Shown here: positions 26,400-38,329 of the stretch, piece after piece
Position numbering within the stretch: the stretch's first letter is position 1
How the letters are laid out: every line of letters starts with the position of its first letter
DNA from: Setoptus koraiensis
Lineage: Eukaryota > Animalia > Arthropoda
Assembly: GCA_048013815.1 (NCBI GenBank)
Contig: CM106585.1
Coordinates: 3,100,001 to 3,164,000 of the forward strand
DNA: 64,000 nucleotides
Direction: 5' to 3'
The notes under the pieces: model-generated
The model's database searches: none
What the model was told of the DNA's origin: nothing
The model's input: the letters and a program-made list of their open reading frames with translations, nothing else
Translations under genes and position numbers: made by a program

Positions 26400-27250
26400 T
26401 CGACTGTCCTCATAAAGTACGGCTTCATTCAGCTAATATGAACGGTTTCTGTCCTCTTCGAGGATTGGGTCTTTCTATCATGTAATTGACAGGACTCATC
26501 CATTCGGTTACAGTAAAGGGTTATTGAAATTTATGTAGGAACTTAGAGGTTTGGCCAGTGTATCCCCTGGGGTGGAACACTAGTACTTTATCGCCCACTT
26601 GATACTCGATGGCCTTGTAACATTCATTTTACCTTGCTCTCGTTCTATCGCTTGAAGCGCTCTTCGCCTTGCTTCCATCAAACTTGGAAGACATCTATTG
26701 TTGTGGGAGGATATCACTCCGAACTGTATATCGGAAGGTAGTCTAGGTTCGTGCCCGAACATCAAGTAGTAGGGACTGTACCCTGTTGTTGTCTGTTCGG
26801 TCAAATTGCATGCGAATACGGCTGCTGAAACATGCTCATCCCAATCGGTGCGTTTTGTATTGACGGTCACGGCCAATATTGTCGATAAAGTCCTAAAATC
26901 TTTCAGTGAGACCGTTACATTGTGGGTGGTAACCGGTCGTTGATAACTTTCTTATAACTAATTCATTTAGTTAGATATTCTTTCAAACGATTGAAACGGG
27001 AGCCCTGATCTGACAAGATAGTTCGCGGGTATCCGTATCTATGGAACACATCATCTATCAGAAAGTCACATATGATTTGCGTTGTTAATTGGGGTATAGC
27101 TTTCGCTATCGCATAACGAGTGCCGCAATCCGTCACTACTATTTCACGATATATACTCATGACAATTACCCGTATACGGTTCCTTAATCCGCACTCGTAT
27201 TCTCTATTCATGCTGGACCTCGATCAGTCATCCTGCATGTCCGGCGGACT
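26400..27250 (-). pseudogene. Ty3/gypsy integrase (core and C-terminal domain), decayed
   Basis: VVTDCGTRYAIAKAI..ILSDQGSRFN..WDEHVSAAVFACN..TTGYSPYYLMFGHEPRLP..TETVHIS*MKPY. Confidence 0.9.
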
Positions 27251-27339
27251 GCAGTTTTAACAAAAATAACAAAAAAAAACAAGACGCAATGTTATATTAA
27301 ACACCATTTTATTCAAGAAAATAACACACAAAAAGAAAA

Positions 27340-27665
27340 CTATTCTAAACCCAGGTCCTCATCTGAGTCGGAATCTTCATCATCCAGTCGAATTCGTCGA
27401 GCTCGGCGAGGACGACCCGGACGTCCCGGAATACGACCAGTGAATAGGGCCCGATTCGCACGACAGCGAGCTGCCCGTAAGCCGTTCTGGTTCCGCTCCC
27501 ACCTACCATACACTGCCTGGGCTCTATTATTAAGGAAAGTCCGACGCTCCCAAGTCTCGTCACCATCTGTCCAACGCACTAAATACTCCACCAGATTTCC
27601 GGTCCTGCGGTAAGACAAGATCTCCTCTGGTCTCGAGGGTATGCCCACGGGCAATGGCTCATCCT
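27340..27665 (-). pseudogene. Chromodomain plus basic/acidic tail ORF, 5'-truncated paralogue of 27965-28512
   Basis: PEEILSYRRTGNLVEYLVRWTDGDETWE..GRPGRPRRARR..DEDSDSDEDLGLE; AATAAA downstream. Confidence 0.7.
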
Positions 27666-27669
27666 GTCG

Positions 27670-27897
27670 TATTGAAGCTCATATCACAATTATCAGTGTA
27701 ACTCGGCCGATATCAGGCAAATACTTACGATACTGGTGCTTATACAATTATCATGTAACTCACCGCAACATAATTGATTATTAATCTGTGAAAAGCACGA
27801 ATTTAGTATCCACCATCGCACCATGCACAAATAATTCATACGTGATCTATAGGATCCCACAATACTACATCATAAGCACTTAATTAAAATTAAGCAT
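27670..27897 (-). mobile_element. HINE-type 5' end (variant subtype) between the two chromodomain ORFs
   Basis: Minus strand AATGCTTAATTTTAATTAAGTGCTTATGATGTAGT; same subtype as 60826. Confidence 0.6.
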
Positions 27898-27964
27898 TAG
27901 CAATTAGGACGCCATGTTATGTTAAACCCCATTTTATTCAAAAATTATTACATAAAAAGAAGAA

Positions 27965-28512
27965 CTATTCTAAACCCAGATCCTCATCTGAGTCGGAATC
28001 TTCGTCATCCGCTCGAATCCTCCTGTTTCGGCGAGGACGACCTGATCGTCCCGGAATGCGGCCGGAGGCTAAGGCTCGGTTAGCCCGACAACGAGAGGCC
28101 CGTAAGGCGTTCTGATGCCGTTCCCACCTCCCGTACACTGCCTGGGCCCTATCATCAAAAAAGGCACGCCGCTCCCAGGTCTCATCCCCATCTGACCAGC
28201 GAAGTCGATATTCCACCAGGTTTCCAACCCTACGACAAGACAATATTTCGTGGGGCCTAGGAGGTATGACGACAGGCAACGGGTCATCTAAGCGAACGGG
28301 AGATAAGGGACGAGGCATCTCTGGCTCCTCCCCAATGATGACCACTTCCATACCATCTAAGGGCTCCCAAGCCCCCAAGCGGGACCTACAATAAGGGCAG
28401 TTTCGGTCACCTCCCTCTTTCCCCGCGACCCATTGGCCTATGCACCCGAAACAAAAATTATGACCACAGGGAGTTTGCGTGGTCGTTGCCTCTCGAAACA
28501 CACCAAACAACT
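27965..28512 (-). CDS. RING (C3HC4) plus chromodomain protein, one apparent frameshift near the 5' end
   Basis: CLVCFE in the adjacent frame, then TPCGHNFCFGCIGQW..CPYCR; PHEILSCRRVGNLVEYRLRWSDGDETWE; Arg-rich then acidic tail; TTTTCTTGCAG acceptor-like site just upstream; AATAAA downstream. Confidence 0.75.
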
Positions 28513-28559
28513 GCAAGAAAACATAAGAATTCGAAAATATTTCATATTATTCATCCTTC

Positions 28560-29302
28560 GAAAATATTTTTCCTTGGACCAAAGTGTCCCGCATCCGCTT
28601 GATCATGATGGATCTCGAGGATGGTTTTGACAAGGGTAAAGGGTACCACCAATTTCTTTCTTTCTCTCTGATTAAGATATAATAAACCGTCGATTTCTTC
28701 AATTTCGAGAGTATGGCCTTCCTTCATGCGTTCTCGAATTGTTTGACAGAGTGGGTCATTTCTTTGGAGTTCCCTAGTGTCTATTTCGGTAATCCATCAT
28801 ATTATACCCATAAAGTTGATTCTTATCATTACCATTATTATTAGTATCATCGTAACCGCTAACTTCATTATTTCAGCTGTTTTCACCCCTTTTAGGCGGC
28901 TTCTGGGCGGTTGAGCCGCCCAGGGCGGGCGTGCCGCCACCCAAAATCCGCTCAAGCGCTAGGCAGCCTCTGTCCATGCCCCTGCCCCTAGCACTAGATG
29001 TTCCTCGAATGTGGTACCGAATACCGTATATCGGTCAAGGTACCCGATACAAGCGTTCCATTTCAAACAGGACAAAAGGATATCCATTGTCCGCTGGAAC
29101 ATAGCTGTTGCGTTAGTCAGGCCGAACGGCATGACGGTGAATTTCCGCAACCCATCTTGGATAATGAAGGCTGTTTTGCTCTGATCCTTAGGATTCATAG
29201 CGATTTGGAAATAACCATTATTGAAGTCAAGGCTACTGAAATACTTCATTATTTGTAGAGTTTGAATACATTCTTCCGTTCGATAAAGAGGATAGACATC
29301 CT
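28560..29302 (-). pseudogene. Ty3/gypsy RT fragment (28975-29302) and RNaseH-integrase linker/HH region (28560-28850)
   Basis: YFSSLDFNNGYFQI..MPFGLTNATAMFQR; LQRNDPLCQTI..VVPFTLVKTILEIHHDQADAGHFGPRK. Confidence 0.85.
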
Positions 29303-30163
29303 GGGTGTTCTAGCGAATAGTGCCGCACTCAGATTTCAACCAAACTTCACACATAGGCCCCGAAAGGCCCCTAAACCACGGATTTGCTAGTCCGGAAGTG
29401 CGGAAACTTCCGGTTTCGGTTTTACACAAACTTCAAGCTAGAGCTATGAAACTTGATAAACAGCAGGATGCAGACGTGCTGAGTACAACAGAGTTCGTTT
29501 CACTTGTGTGCGGCTTCCGGTTCTAGAGATATTCAGCAAAATCCTCGCGGATATTTCGCTCGGAACGAAGCATCCGCGCGCACGAGTATATACGTGCGCC
29601 GATTCATCCCGATATCTCTCCGATTCTTGATGATACGCATCATTGTGATGAATTCAGTTTCTATCGTCGCATTTCTTCAACCAAGAATTCTCCATGGTTT
29701 GCAGTCACGTGAGCGGAGGGTAGAGGGCGCAGCCCGATACCCGAAGCGCTCATCAACCCTACCCGAAGGGTTCCCGTCGCACGCAGTCGTCGCTCACGCG
29801 ACGACGGAGATGTGACGGCCTCCAGAATACGAGGCCGCAGTCCGAGTTCTCAGACCCATCGCAGGTTCATCCCCGAGTGCAGCAAAGCCGAACTTCGTCA
29901 ACTTCCAGTCTTCCGAACCAATAAATATGCAGATAACTCGAGAACCGGAAGTCGTACCGAGCTGAAAATTGTGCCATTGTGTTCAGCGTCTTTTAGAACG
30001 CTAGTATCGTGAGTTTTAGACTTCTAGCTCTAATTTGAGGTAAAACCGGAACCGGAAGTTTCCGCACTTCCGGACCACTTTTTTCGTTCTATTGAGGTCA
30101 AGATGAACCTTTATCGAAAGTTTCATCAGAATCTGGGTGTGGCACTATTCGCTACAACAACCC
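29303..30163. mobile_element. Merlin MITE with both TIRs and no TSD
   Basis: GGGTGTTCTAGCGAATAGTGCC at the left, GGCACTATTCGCTACAACAACCC at the right; flanks differ. Confidence 0.8.
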
Positions 30164-31885
30164 AAAAATCTACGCATCACTAGATATGAATTCAGGATAT
30201 TTTCAGATCCCAATTAGAGGTATTGAAAAAAAGACGGCTTTTATCACTATCGATGGCTTCTTTCAATTCACAGTGATGCCGTTCGGGCTCATGAATGCCC
30301 CCAACTTTCCAGAGATTTATGAATTTGATATTGAATCAGCTCAAATACAAACATTGTTTAGTATATTTGGACAATATCATTATTTCTGGCGATTTCTTTG
30401 ATAAGTTCTTGTTGTCGCTTTATCGTTTCCTAGACACGGTCTCTGCTGCAGGGCTCACACTCCAACCCGCGAAATGCCAATTTGGAATGGAAGAAATAAG
30501 CTTTCTAGGGCATCGTATTGGTGCAAATGGACTGGCCATGGATGTCGTTAAAGTTAGAGCAATTCAAGAGAAGGTACCTCCGACGAACGTAAAAGGCGTA
30601 AGAAGTTTTCTAGGGTCAATTTCATACTACCGCTAGTTCATGAAATCTTTTGCAGAACTCGCTGCACCCCTAACAAATAAGGACAAGGGATTTATTTGGA
30701 CTGAAAAATAGCAAGAAGCGTCCGATACCATAAGAGAAAAACTTTGCCAATATCCAGATTTACGCCATTTTGATGAAAGATTGCCGTTGGAATTAAGAAC
30801 GGATGCTTGCGATAGTGGAATAGGCGCAATACTACTACAAGAACATAGGGATGGCCTGCATCCTATCTATTTTCTGAGCAGAGCTCTGAAGAAGGCTGAG
30901 CTAAATTACACAATTACTGAAAAAGAATTGCTGGCAGTGGTTTGGGCCATAAAAAAACTGTCCAATTTCTTAAAGGGGAGCCAATACACTGTAGTGACCG
31001 ACCATGTTGCCTTGTGTTGGGTGAAGAACAAGAAACAACTACCCCCTCGCCTGATTCGATGAACTTTAGAACTTCAAGCTTACGATTTCAGCGTCAAATA
31101 CAGGAGTGGCCAACACCATGAGGACGCGGACTACATCTCACGAGACGTAGTCCCATGTAATTACATAGAAGCAGAACTGGCTGTTGAATTCAAAGAAGAA
31201 CAACGTAGGGATAAAACATTTGGAAAAATAATCGAGGATCTTGAGACTGGTAATAATGCAGAAAACCAGGAAAAATTTGTACTGATAAACAAAGTTTTAC
31301 ACAAAGAAGTTCACACAGGCACAGGGCCTCAATAAGTGGTGTGTGAACCCGAATCTAGAGAGATGGATGTACTAAGAGCATGCCATGACGACCCAATGGG
31401 GGGTCATCTAGGGAGAAACAAAACATTGAAAAGGATTGGGGAGCGATTTTCCTCCGACAAAATATACGATAAGGTGGCAATCTATGTACGCTCGTGCAGC
31501 GACTGTCAAACAAAAAATAACCCAACAACCCTCACCGCAGGGCAATTGGTACCTATTACCTCTGGAGGTCCGTTCGAACTTGTGGGGATTGACATGTTGG
31601 GTCCTTTTAAAAAATCGGCGAGTGGCAACAAGTGGATTGTCTTAGCCACCGACCATTTTACCAAATTCGTAGAGGCAAAGGCCCTGAAGACAGCCAACAC
31701 ATGAGATGTCGCCAAATTCTTCGTGGAAAACATTGTGTGTCGACACGGGAGCCCTAATAGAATACTTTCCGACAGAGGCTCAAACTTAAGTTCGAGATTT
31801 GCTGAAAACGTGTATACATTAGTTTCTACTAAACACGTAAAAACTACCGCATACCATCCGCAGTGCAATGGACTCACCGAGAGAG
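30164..31885 (+). pseudogene. Ty3/gypsy pol fragment RT-RNaseH-integrase
   Basis: [86 protein letters not shown]; multiple stops and frameshifts. Confidence 0.92.
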
Positions 31886-32439
31886 CCCCAGCAAAATGGG
31901 GCGGCAGAGCGTTCAACAGGACCCTCATAGAGTGTGTGCGAACACCCCTGAATTCCACAGATCTTCCCAGCAACCTGTGGGAAGTGGCAGTTTATGCAGC
32001 GATTTATCTATTAAATATGGTTACGACGGATCAGAGACCCTCCCAAACACCTTTCGAAAGCTGGTTTGGTAGAAAACCAAGTGTGGGCCATGTCCATCCC
32101 TGGGGCAGGCAGGTTCTGATTCTGGATCAGCCCAGGACAGGTACAAAATTCGACCCGAAGACCAAACGTGCTTTTCTGGTAGGATATACTAGGAGAGCCA
32201 ACACCTATCGATGTTATGTCCCCGAAACTAACAGTGTGAGAACAACATGCGATGTTGTTTTCGGTCGCCATTCTGACCAAACCGTTGAAAACAGATTCCA
32301 AGTGACCAGTCCAGAACCAGCGTTCCTAACCTCTGTACAGCCTTGGTCAGAAGACAAAGAATCTTGGCAAACTGTTGACGATTACTTCGAAAGATTGCAG
32401 AAAAAGGATGGCCATCATTCTGCACTAACAGAGGAAAGC

Positions 32440-33370
32440 GGGTGTTCTTGCGAAGTGGGCGTAGACCAGATCGCGACCAAACTCACGGTGTGAGTACCTT
32501 AGAGGCCCCTGATGAGAAATATTTTGGACCGGAAGTGTAGAAACTTCTGGTTCCGGTTTTAGCTTCATCTTTGAGATACAGCCTTGAAACTCGGTATGTT
32601 GGTATATCAGACTACTACAACCTCGATGACATCATTTTCAAATCTCTACAACTTCCGGTTCTCGAGATATTCAGGAAATTTGCATGTATGAGCGAATCTA
32701 GGCCGGTCTGGGTCTGTTCATCGCCATAATCTTACACCCAGAGCATGGTGACACGCATTCATGAACGAAACCCGGCTCGATCACGGGCCCCGCCCACTCG
32801 ACTCCCAGTCTTCGGGAAGAATCTTTTTTAGTTAGGTGGCCGTCAGTCGTCCCGCCGGAGGCCGCAGGCCGAAGGCGTGGACGACTGGAGGCCGAACCCC
32901 TCCTCCGGCCCGGGCCCAAGATGCATGGCAGACGGAAGGGCTACTGTATATTATATACGAGTGAGCATGGGTACCCCTCGTACCTCGTGCTACCCGCAAC
33001 GGTCATGCCGCACTCATGCAGTTGTCATTATTACCCTCGCATAGCCCATTACATACTCGGGTACCTGAAATACCCGGGTAAACCCTCGTATCGCACCTCG
33101 GGTTCATTTTCACACTTCCGGTATAGTATTTCTGAGCTCAGAATACTCGACTGTACCTTGCTGTACAAAAAATACCTTTAAAAAAAGCAGTGGGAACCGC
33201 TAGCGGTCGTCGGGTATCTCAAAACGCCCACTGTGCGGTACCTCGGGTAACTCGGAAACCGTAAGTTTCTACATATTATAAATACCCATTCTGGTATCAG
33301 GGTATTATACCCTACCCAAAAATACCCAAAATACCCAGATCGGATCTACGCCCACTTCGCAAGTATAACC
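32440..33370. mobile_element. Merlin-type MITE with perfect 8-bp TSD
   Basis: TIRs GGGTGTTCTTGCGAAGTGGGCGTAG / CTACGCCCACTTCGCAAGTATAACC; TSD AGGAAAGC at 32432-32439 and 33371-33378. Confidence 0.9.
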
Positions 33371-36300
33371 AGGAAAGCTATATAGATATCCCGAACTTTA
33401 GTAATCTCACTGTGCGACCGGCCGGCAATCAAGAGACTGCTCAGGAAAATGGCGACGCACAGAACGATGATAGATCGGCGATTGATGTCCTTCAGAACGC
33501 TGACTCTGTCTAACCTCATGGCCTGTTTGCTCACTCACGTAGAGCCACAAGACTTTTAGGGCACATTCACGTCCGTGTTGACATATGTCGAACCACAAGA
33601 CTTTGAGAGCGCTATAAAAGGCAGGGAGGGGAAAATGTGGAGGAAAGCAATACAAAAAGAAGAACAAGCACTGCTTGAGAACAAAACATGGACGATCGTA
33701 CCACTGGAAGACAGGAAACCTCTCACAGCCAAGTGGGTGTTTAAGAGAAAAACATTGCCATGCGGGATGGTCGATAAATACATGGCGCGCCTAGTCGCCA
33801 GAGGCTACGCGCTAAGGATGTGTTGAGAAAAGGGCCATATGTGAATTTTTTTGCTTCAGTCGAATGGACCTCGGAAGTGGATAGGGGGGTGAAAAAAAAT
33901 GTGTCCCTACCTGCGTCCGGGCTCTTCCGGTGGCCACGCCCACTTACTACGCCGCTTTTTCTTCTTTTTTCATCTTGCTGTGCAAACAATCAAGAAAATG
34001 CGCAGAAAAGGCACAAAAACGAGCAGAGAATTAAAGTAGAGGCAGTAATATTGAAGAGACTTGTTGTTTATTAGCATATTAATCTATATAGAGAGCATCA
34101 TCATTGTCATCAACTCCGACAGCCTCTATTTCATCGATATCGTCAGCAGGCTGCTCATTGTTAGCTCGGGCTCTTTAAAGAGAGCAAGGACGTCACGCCG
34201 AATGCCTGGTTTGACTTGGCGGCAGGCGTACATACTGGACTGAAGGAGCTGCAGTTCGACGTGGCCTCGGCCTTCTTAAACGGCACTCTGTCCAGAGGAG
34301 AAGGCCGTCCAGAGCGAGCAGGTTTATTTGTTCCCGCCGCCTGGCGTTGTTTGTCCAACTAGAAGCGTGCTAAAACTCAACGAAGCCATTCACGGCTTGA
34401 AACAGGCGCCAAAATGTTGGTATGCGCGCCTTGAAGCCATTTTGAGAGCGCTTGGTCTTGTCCAGACAAACGCTGACCCCTGTTTGTTCCATGGAACATA
34501 CAAGCAAATCAGAATCTGGTTGGTTGTATACGTCGACGACGGCTTGCTGATGGGTAAAAACAGAACAATTTTGGAGGATTTCGTGAAAGACCTGAGTAAA
34601 CAACTGACCGTAAAAGTTTTGTTGTCAAATTGTTTCATTGGACTCGAATACACGATAGATGAGTCCTCTGTCCTTATTCATCAGACAAGCTACATAAAAA
34701 GAATGCTTGAATATTTCAGCTTGAAAGAGAGCCAACCAGCCAAAACACCGATATCAGACATAAATAGCCTGCCGACACCAGCGGTGTCGGATGTACCATC
34801 AAAGGCTCCCTACCGACAGCTGGTAGGAAGCTTGCTCTTCTGTGCGAACACTTGCAGACCGTATATCTGTTTTGCAGTGAAAACATTGGCACAATTTAAT
34901 GAGAAACCAATGAATAAGCATTGGGCGGCTGCGAAACAGGTCCTAGAGTACTTGAAAGGTACACAATACCTGGGTTTGATGTACCGCAAGACAAATACAC
35001 TGGCCATAGATGCATACTTTGATGCTGACTGGGCAGGGGACTGTAAAACTCGCCGGTCAACCAGCGGATTGGTCATAAATTTGGCGGAGGGTTCGGTGAT
35101 TTTTAAAAGTAAGAATCAGGCCACCGTCGCTCTCAGCACGATGGAGGCGGAGTACTCCGCCGGATGCATGGCAGCTAGAGAAATAAGCTGGCTGAAGGGG
35201 CTTCTCAAAGAGATACAAGTGATACTGATTAGATCAGTATCTCGAGCGCTTAATTTTTTGGTTAGTAACGTTGGAATAGAGGAGCGAGTATGTGATGGAA
35301 TGTTTCTATGACGGAAGAGATGTTACGCTGTGTGCAATCATTGTCTATCGTTTGGCGAAGAGCTTGATTTCTGCATAAGTTCTCACCGTAAGAAGTTCGT
35401 AAAAATTTGCACAGAGCACCAATACAATGCTAGATGTAATCTGTGCAAGTGACATCGATGTGCACTTGCTTGTTTTCGCAGCATTGGAAATATCCGGATG
35501 TTTCAGTCCATGTGAATATTGAACTTTCTGAACATGTTTTCACCGTAAGACTTTCGTAAAAATTTGCACAGAATATCTCATCCATTTGAAATTGTTCCTG
35601 TTTCTCTTTCCATTCTTCGCTCTGTCTTTCCTACCCATCAAATTATTTTCCTCGTTGGGCTCTGTCCATACTATTGCACTATGTCCAATTATTAAATATC
35701 CTAGTTATCTACAAATCATCTTCCTGTGTTTATAATAACGATTGTTTGCATCCATTCTCCTGCTACGCCCAATTCATCTGGTAAACATCTCATCCTCAGA
35801 TATAATATTCATCTAATGTTTAGATCACACGCAACCTTCTTTGTGTGGTAATCATTCATATTCAGTTGCAACTTCTGTCACCCAGTTTAACTGTCACTGT
35901 GCTACTCACGCCCAGCACTACTAAGCGTATCATAAATACTAGAAGGACCTACTAGTCATATCGAGTGGTTTCTACTGTGCTGTAATCTTCTAGTTACAAC
36001 GCTCCTTGCTTCCCGTGCGCCAAGTCCGAATTGTACGCCGAATGGCTTCCTCTGTGCCGAATTCATCTAGTTAGCATCGCAGCATTGAGCGTGTTACTCT
36101 TGTCTAGTTTTATCTACATTAGCATCAACACTGCTGAGAAGCAGCAGTCATTCTGAATAGCTTCGACTGTTCTACAATCTTCTAGTTCTGATGCCCCATG
36201 AGCGTGCTACACTCGTCTAGTTTTAACTACAACAGCATTAACAGCGCTGGGAAGCAGTATTTATTCTGAATAGCTTCTACTGTACTACAATCTTCTAGTT

Positions 36301-36448
36301 CTGACGCCTCCAGCTTCCAGTGCACTAGATCCGAATTGTATACAGCTAGCCTTCTGCTGTGCTAGATTCATTTAACTAGCAACTCAGCATTGAGCGTGCT
36401 AATCGCGTCTAGTTAGTGTTTCTCGCGCATAGCATACTGTGTGCCAAA

Positions 36449-37988
36449 GGACCTGTTGCATTTAGGGTCTCCAGAATCAAACTGGTCTGACATACATGAA
36501 TATAGTATTTTCGTGATCGGAAGAGCCTCCTGAGCACGAATATACCAATTGCATCATCTTTTAGTTCGACGTTTAGCCACTAGGCGGCGTTGCTGTTTTT
36601 GACTTTCGGGGCCTCTGGAGCCTCAGTCTCTTGTCGTAGAGACACGTTCTTGGTATCGTTGGATAGATCTTTGAAAGACGCATCTATGGAGGGTATAATT
36701 TTTCCCTAGACTCGAATCCAAGTCCGGAAAGAAAACAAAAGAAAACTTTGGCCCCATTTTGTGGGGTCCCAAGAATGTCCGCCCAGAGATTTGACAGCTC
36801 ATGAAAATAGCCCTATATAAGAGCTTCGAAATGATATATAATACATCGAAATCAAAATGAACGTCGATGACCAAAAATGAAAAAAACCACACACACATCC
36901 CCTCGAATTAGAGATATAAGGCAGATCGGGTGCTCTGCTGATTAGGAGCCAAGCTCGATTTCCCTAAAAATCGATACGTGGGCTATGAATGGGCCCATGA
37001 AGACGTTCTTGATCGTCCAGAAGTGCGATAGAGCCTACTTCCGGAGATAAGAAAAAACCCGAATTTCGGGCCTCTGAGGGGCCTCAAAACAATTATCTTC
37101 GCACAGTTGTCTAGATTGTTATATCAATATCGAAGTAGAGTGAAAATTCACACTCTGCGTCACCTGAACCGTTAGAAATTCACTGTTGGTTATGTAAGGT
37201 ACGCATACGCCCTGCTAGAGATGTTGGGAGGCCCAAGGCCGAGTCGGTGAAGATCGAAAAAGAGGTCAGTAGTACTGACAGTACCATTCAATCAGTGAAC
37301 GAGTGAAGAGTGGGGATAAATCACCGTAATTCTGATGTCAATATGCCTTCAAATACCCTTCAATTCCCGGAATGCGGTACCTCCGGTATCTCGATGATGA
37401 AGAATTTCCGCACCCCTGAAATACCCACTCGGGTATCAAGGTACAATACCCTACCCAAAAATACCCAAAATACCGAATTTAGGCTTGGCCATCATTCAAC
37501 GGAGCACCCGATCTGCCTTTTATCTCCAATTCGAGGGGATGTGTGAGTGGTTTTTTTCATTTTTGGTCATCGACGTTCATTTTGATTTCGATGTATTATA
37601 TATCATTTCGAAGCTCTTATATAGGGCTATTTTTATAAGCTGTCAAATCTTTGGGCAGACATCCCTGGGGCCCCACGAATTGGGGCCAAAGTTTTTCTTC
37701 GATTTTTTCCCGGACTTGGATTCGAGTTTAGGGAAAAATTATACCCTCCATAGATGCGTCTTTCAAAGATCCATCCAACGATACCAAGAACCCGTCTCTA
37801 CGACAAGAGACTGAGGCTCCAGAGGCCCCGAAAGTCAAAAACAGCAACGCCGCCTAGTGGCTAAACGTCGAACTGAAGGATGATGCAACTGGTATATTCG
37901 TGCTCAGGAGGCTCTTCCGATCACGAAAATACTATATTCATGTATGTCAGACCAGTTTGATTCTGGAGACCCTAAATGCAACAGGTCC
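36449..37988. mobile_element. Spy-type foldback MITE (~490-bp TIRs) inserted between AAA and TTT without TSD
   Basis: AAA|GGACCTGTTGCATTTAGGG...CCCTAAATGCAACAGGTCC|TTT; other HINE copies read GCTAAATTTAACTAATC at this site. AAA|TTT insertion without TSD is the published Spy hallmark. Confidence 0.8.
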
Positions 37989-38329
37989 TTTAACTAATCA
38001 ACATTGTAAGCTTTGAGTGTTCTAAATTCATCTAGTTAATTTCTCATAATACAGCTCACACCGTGCTATTTTTTTCTAGATAGAAAAAGCACTGATTTGT
38101 TCTACTCACGTGAATAAACGTAGCACCCAAACCTATCCCAATAGCTACTATTGTAGAAAACCAGAGAAAATTTCCATGTCCATCTTGCAAATCGTATTTC
38201 AATAGGAAGGACAATATGACCAAATACATTAAAATGTATTCATGTGGTACCGAAAATTTGATGAGTTTGATCGGAACGCCCTCGTGCTCCAGCACTAATC
38301 CCATTAATGACCCTGGGACATGTTCCGTT

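Noticed and set aside
28880-28965. GC-rich palindromic patch as an RNA gene
   Set aside because: No tRNA or other RNA fold recognised; more likely a fragment of another TE end.
36446-37993. Kolobok or piggyBac assignment (TTAA at the right flank)
   Set aside because: Left flank is CCAA, and the empty site shows AAA|TTT with no duplication.
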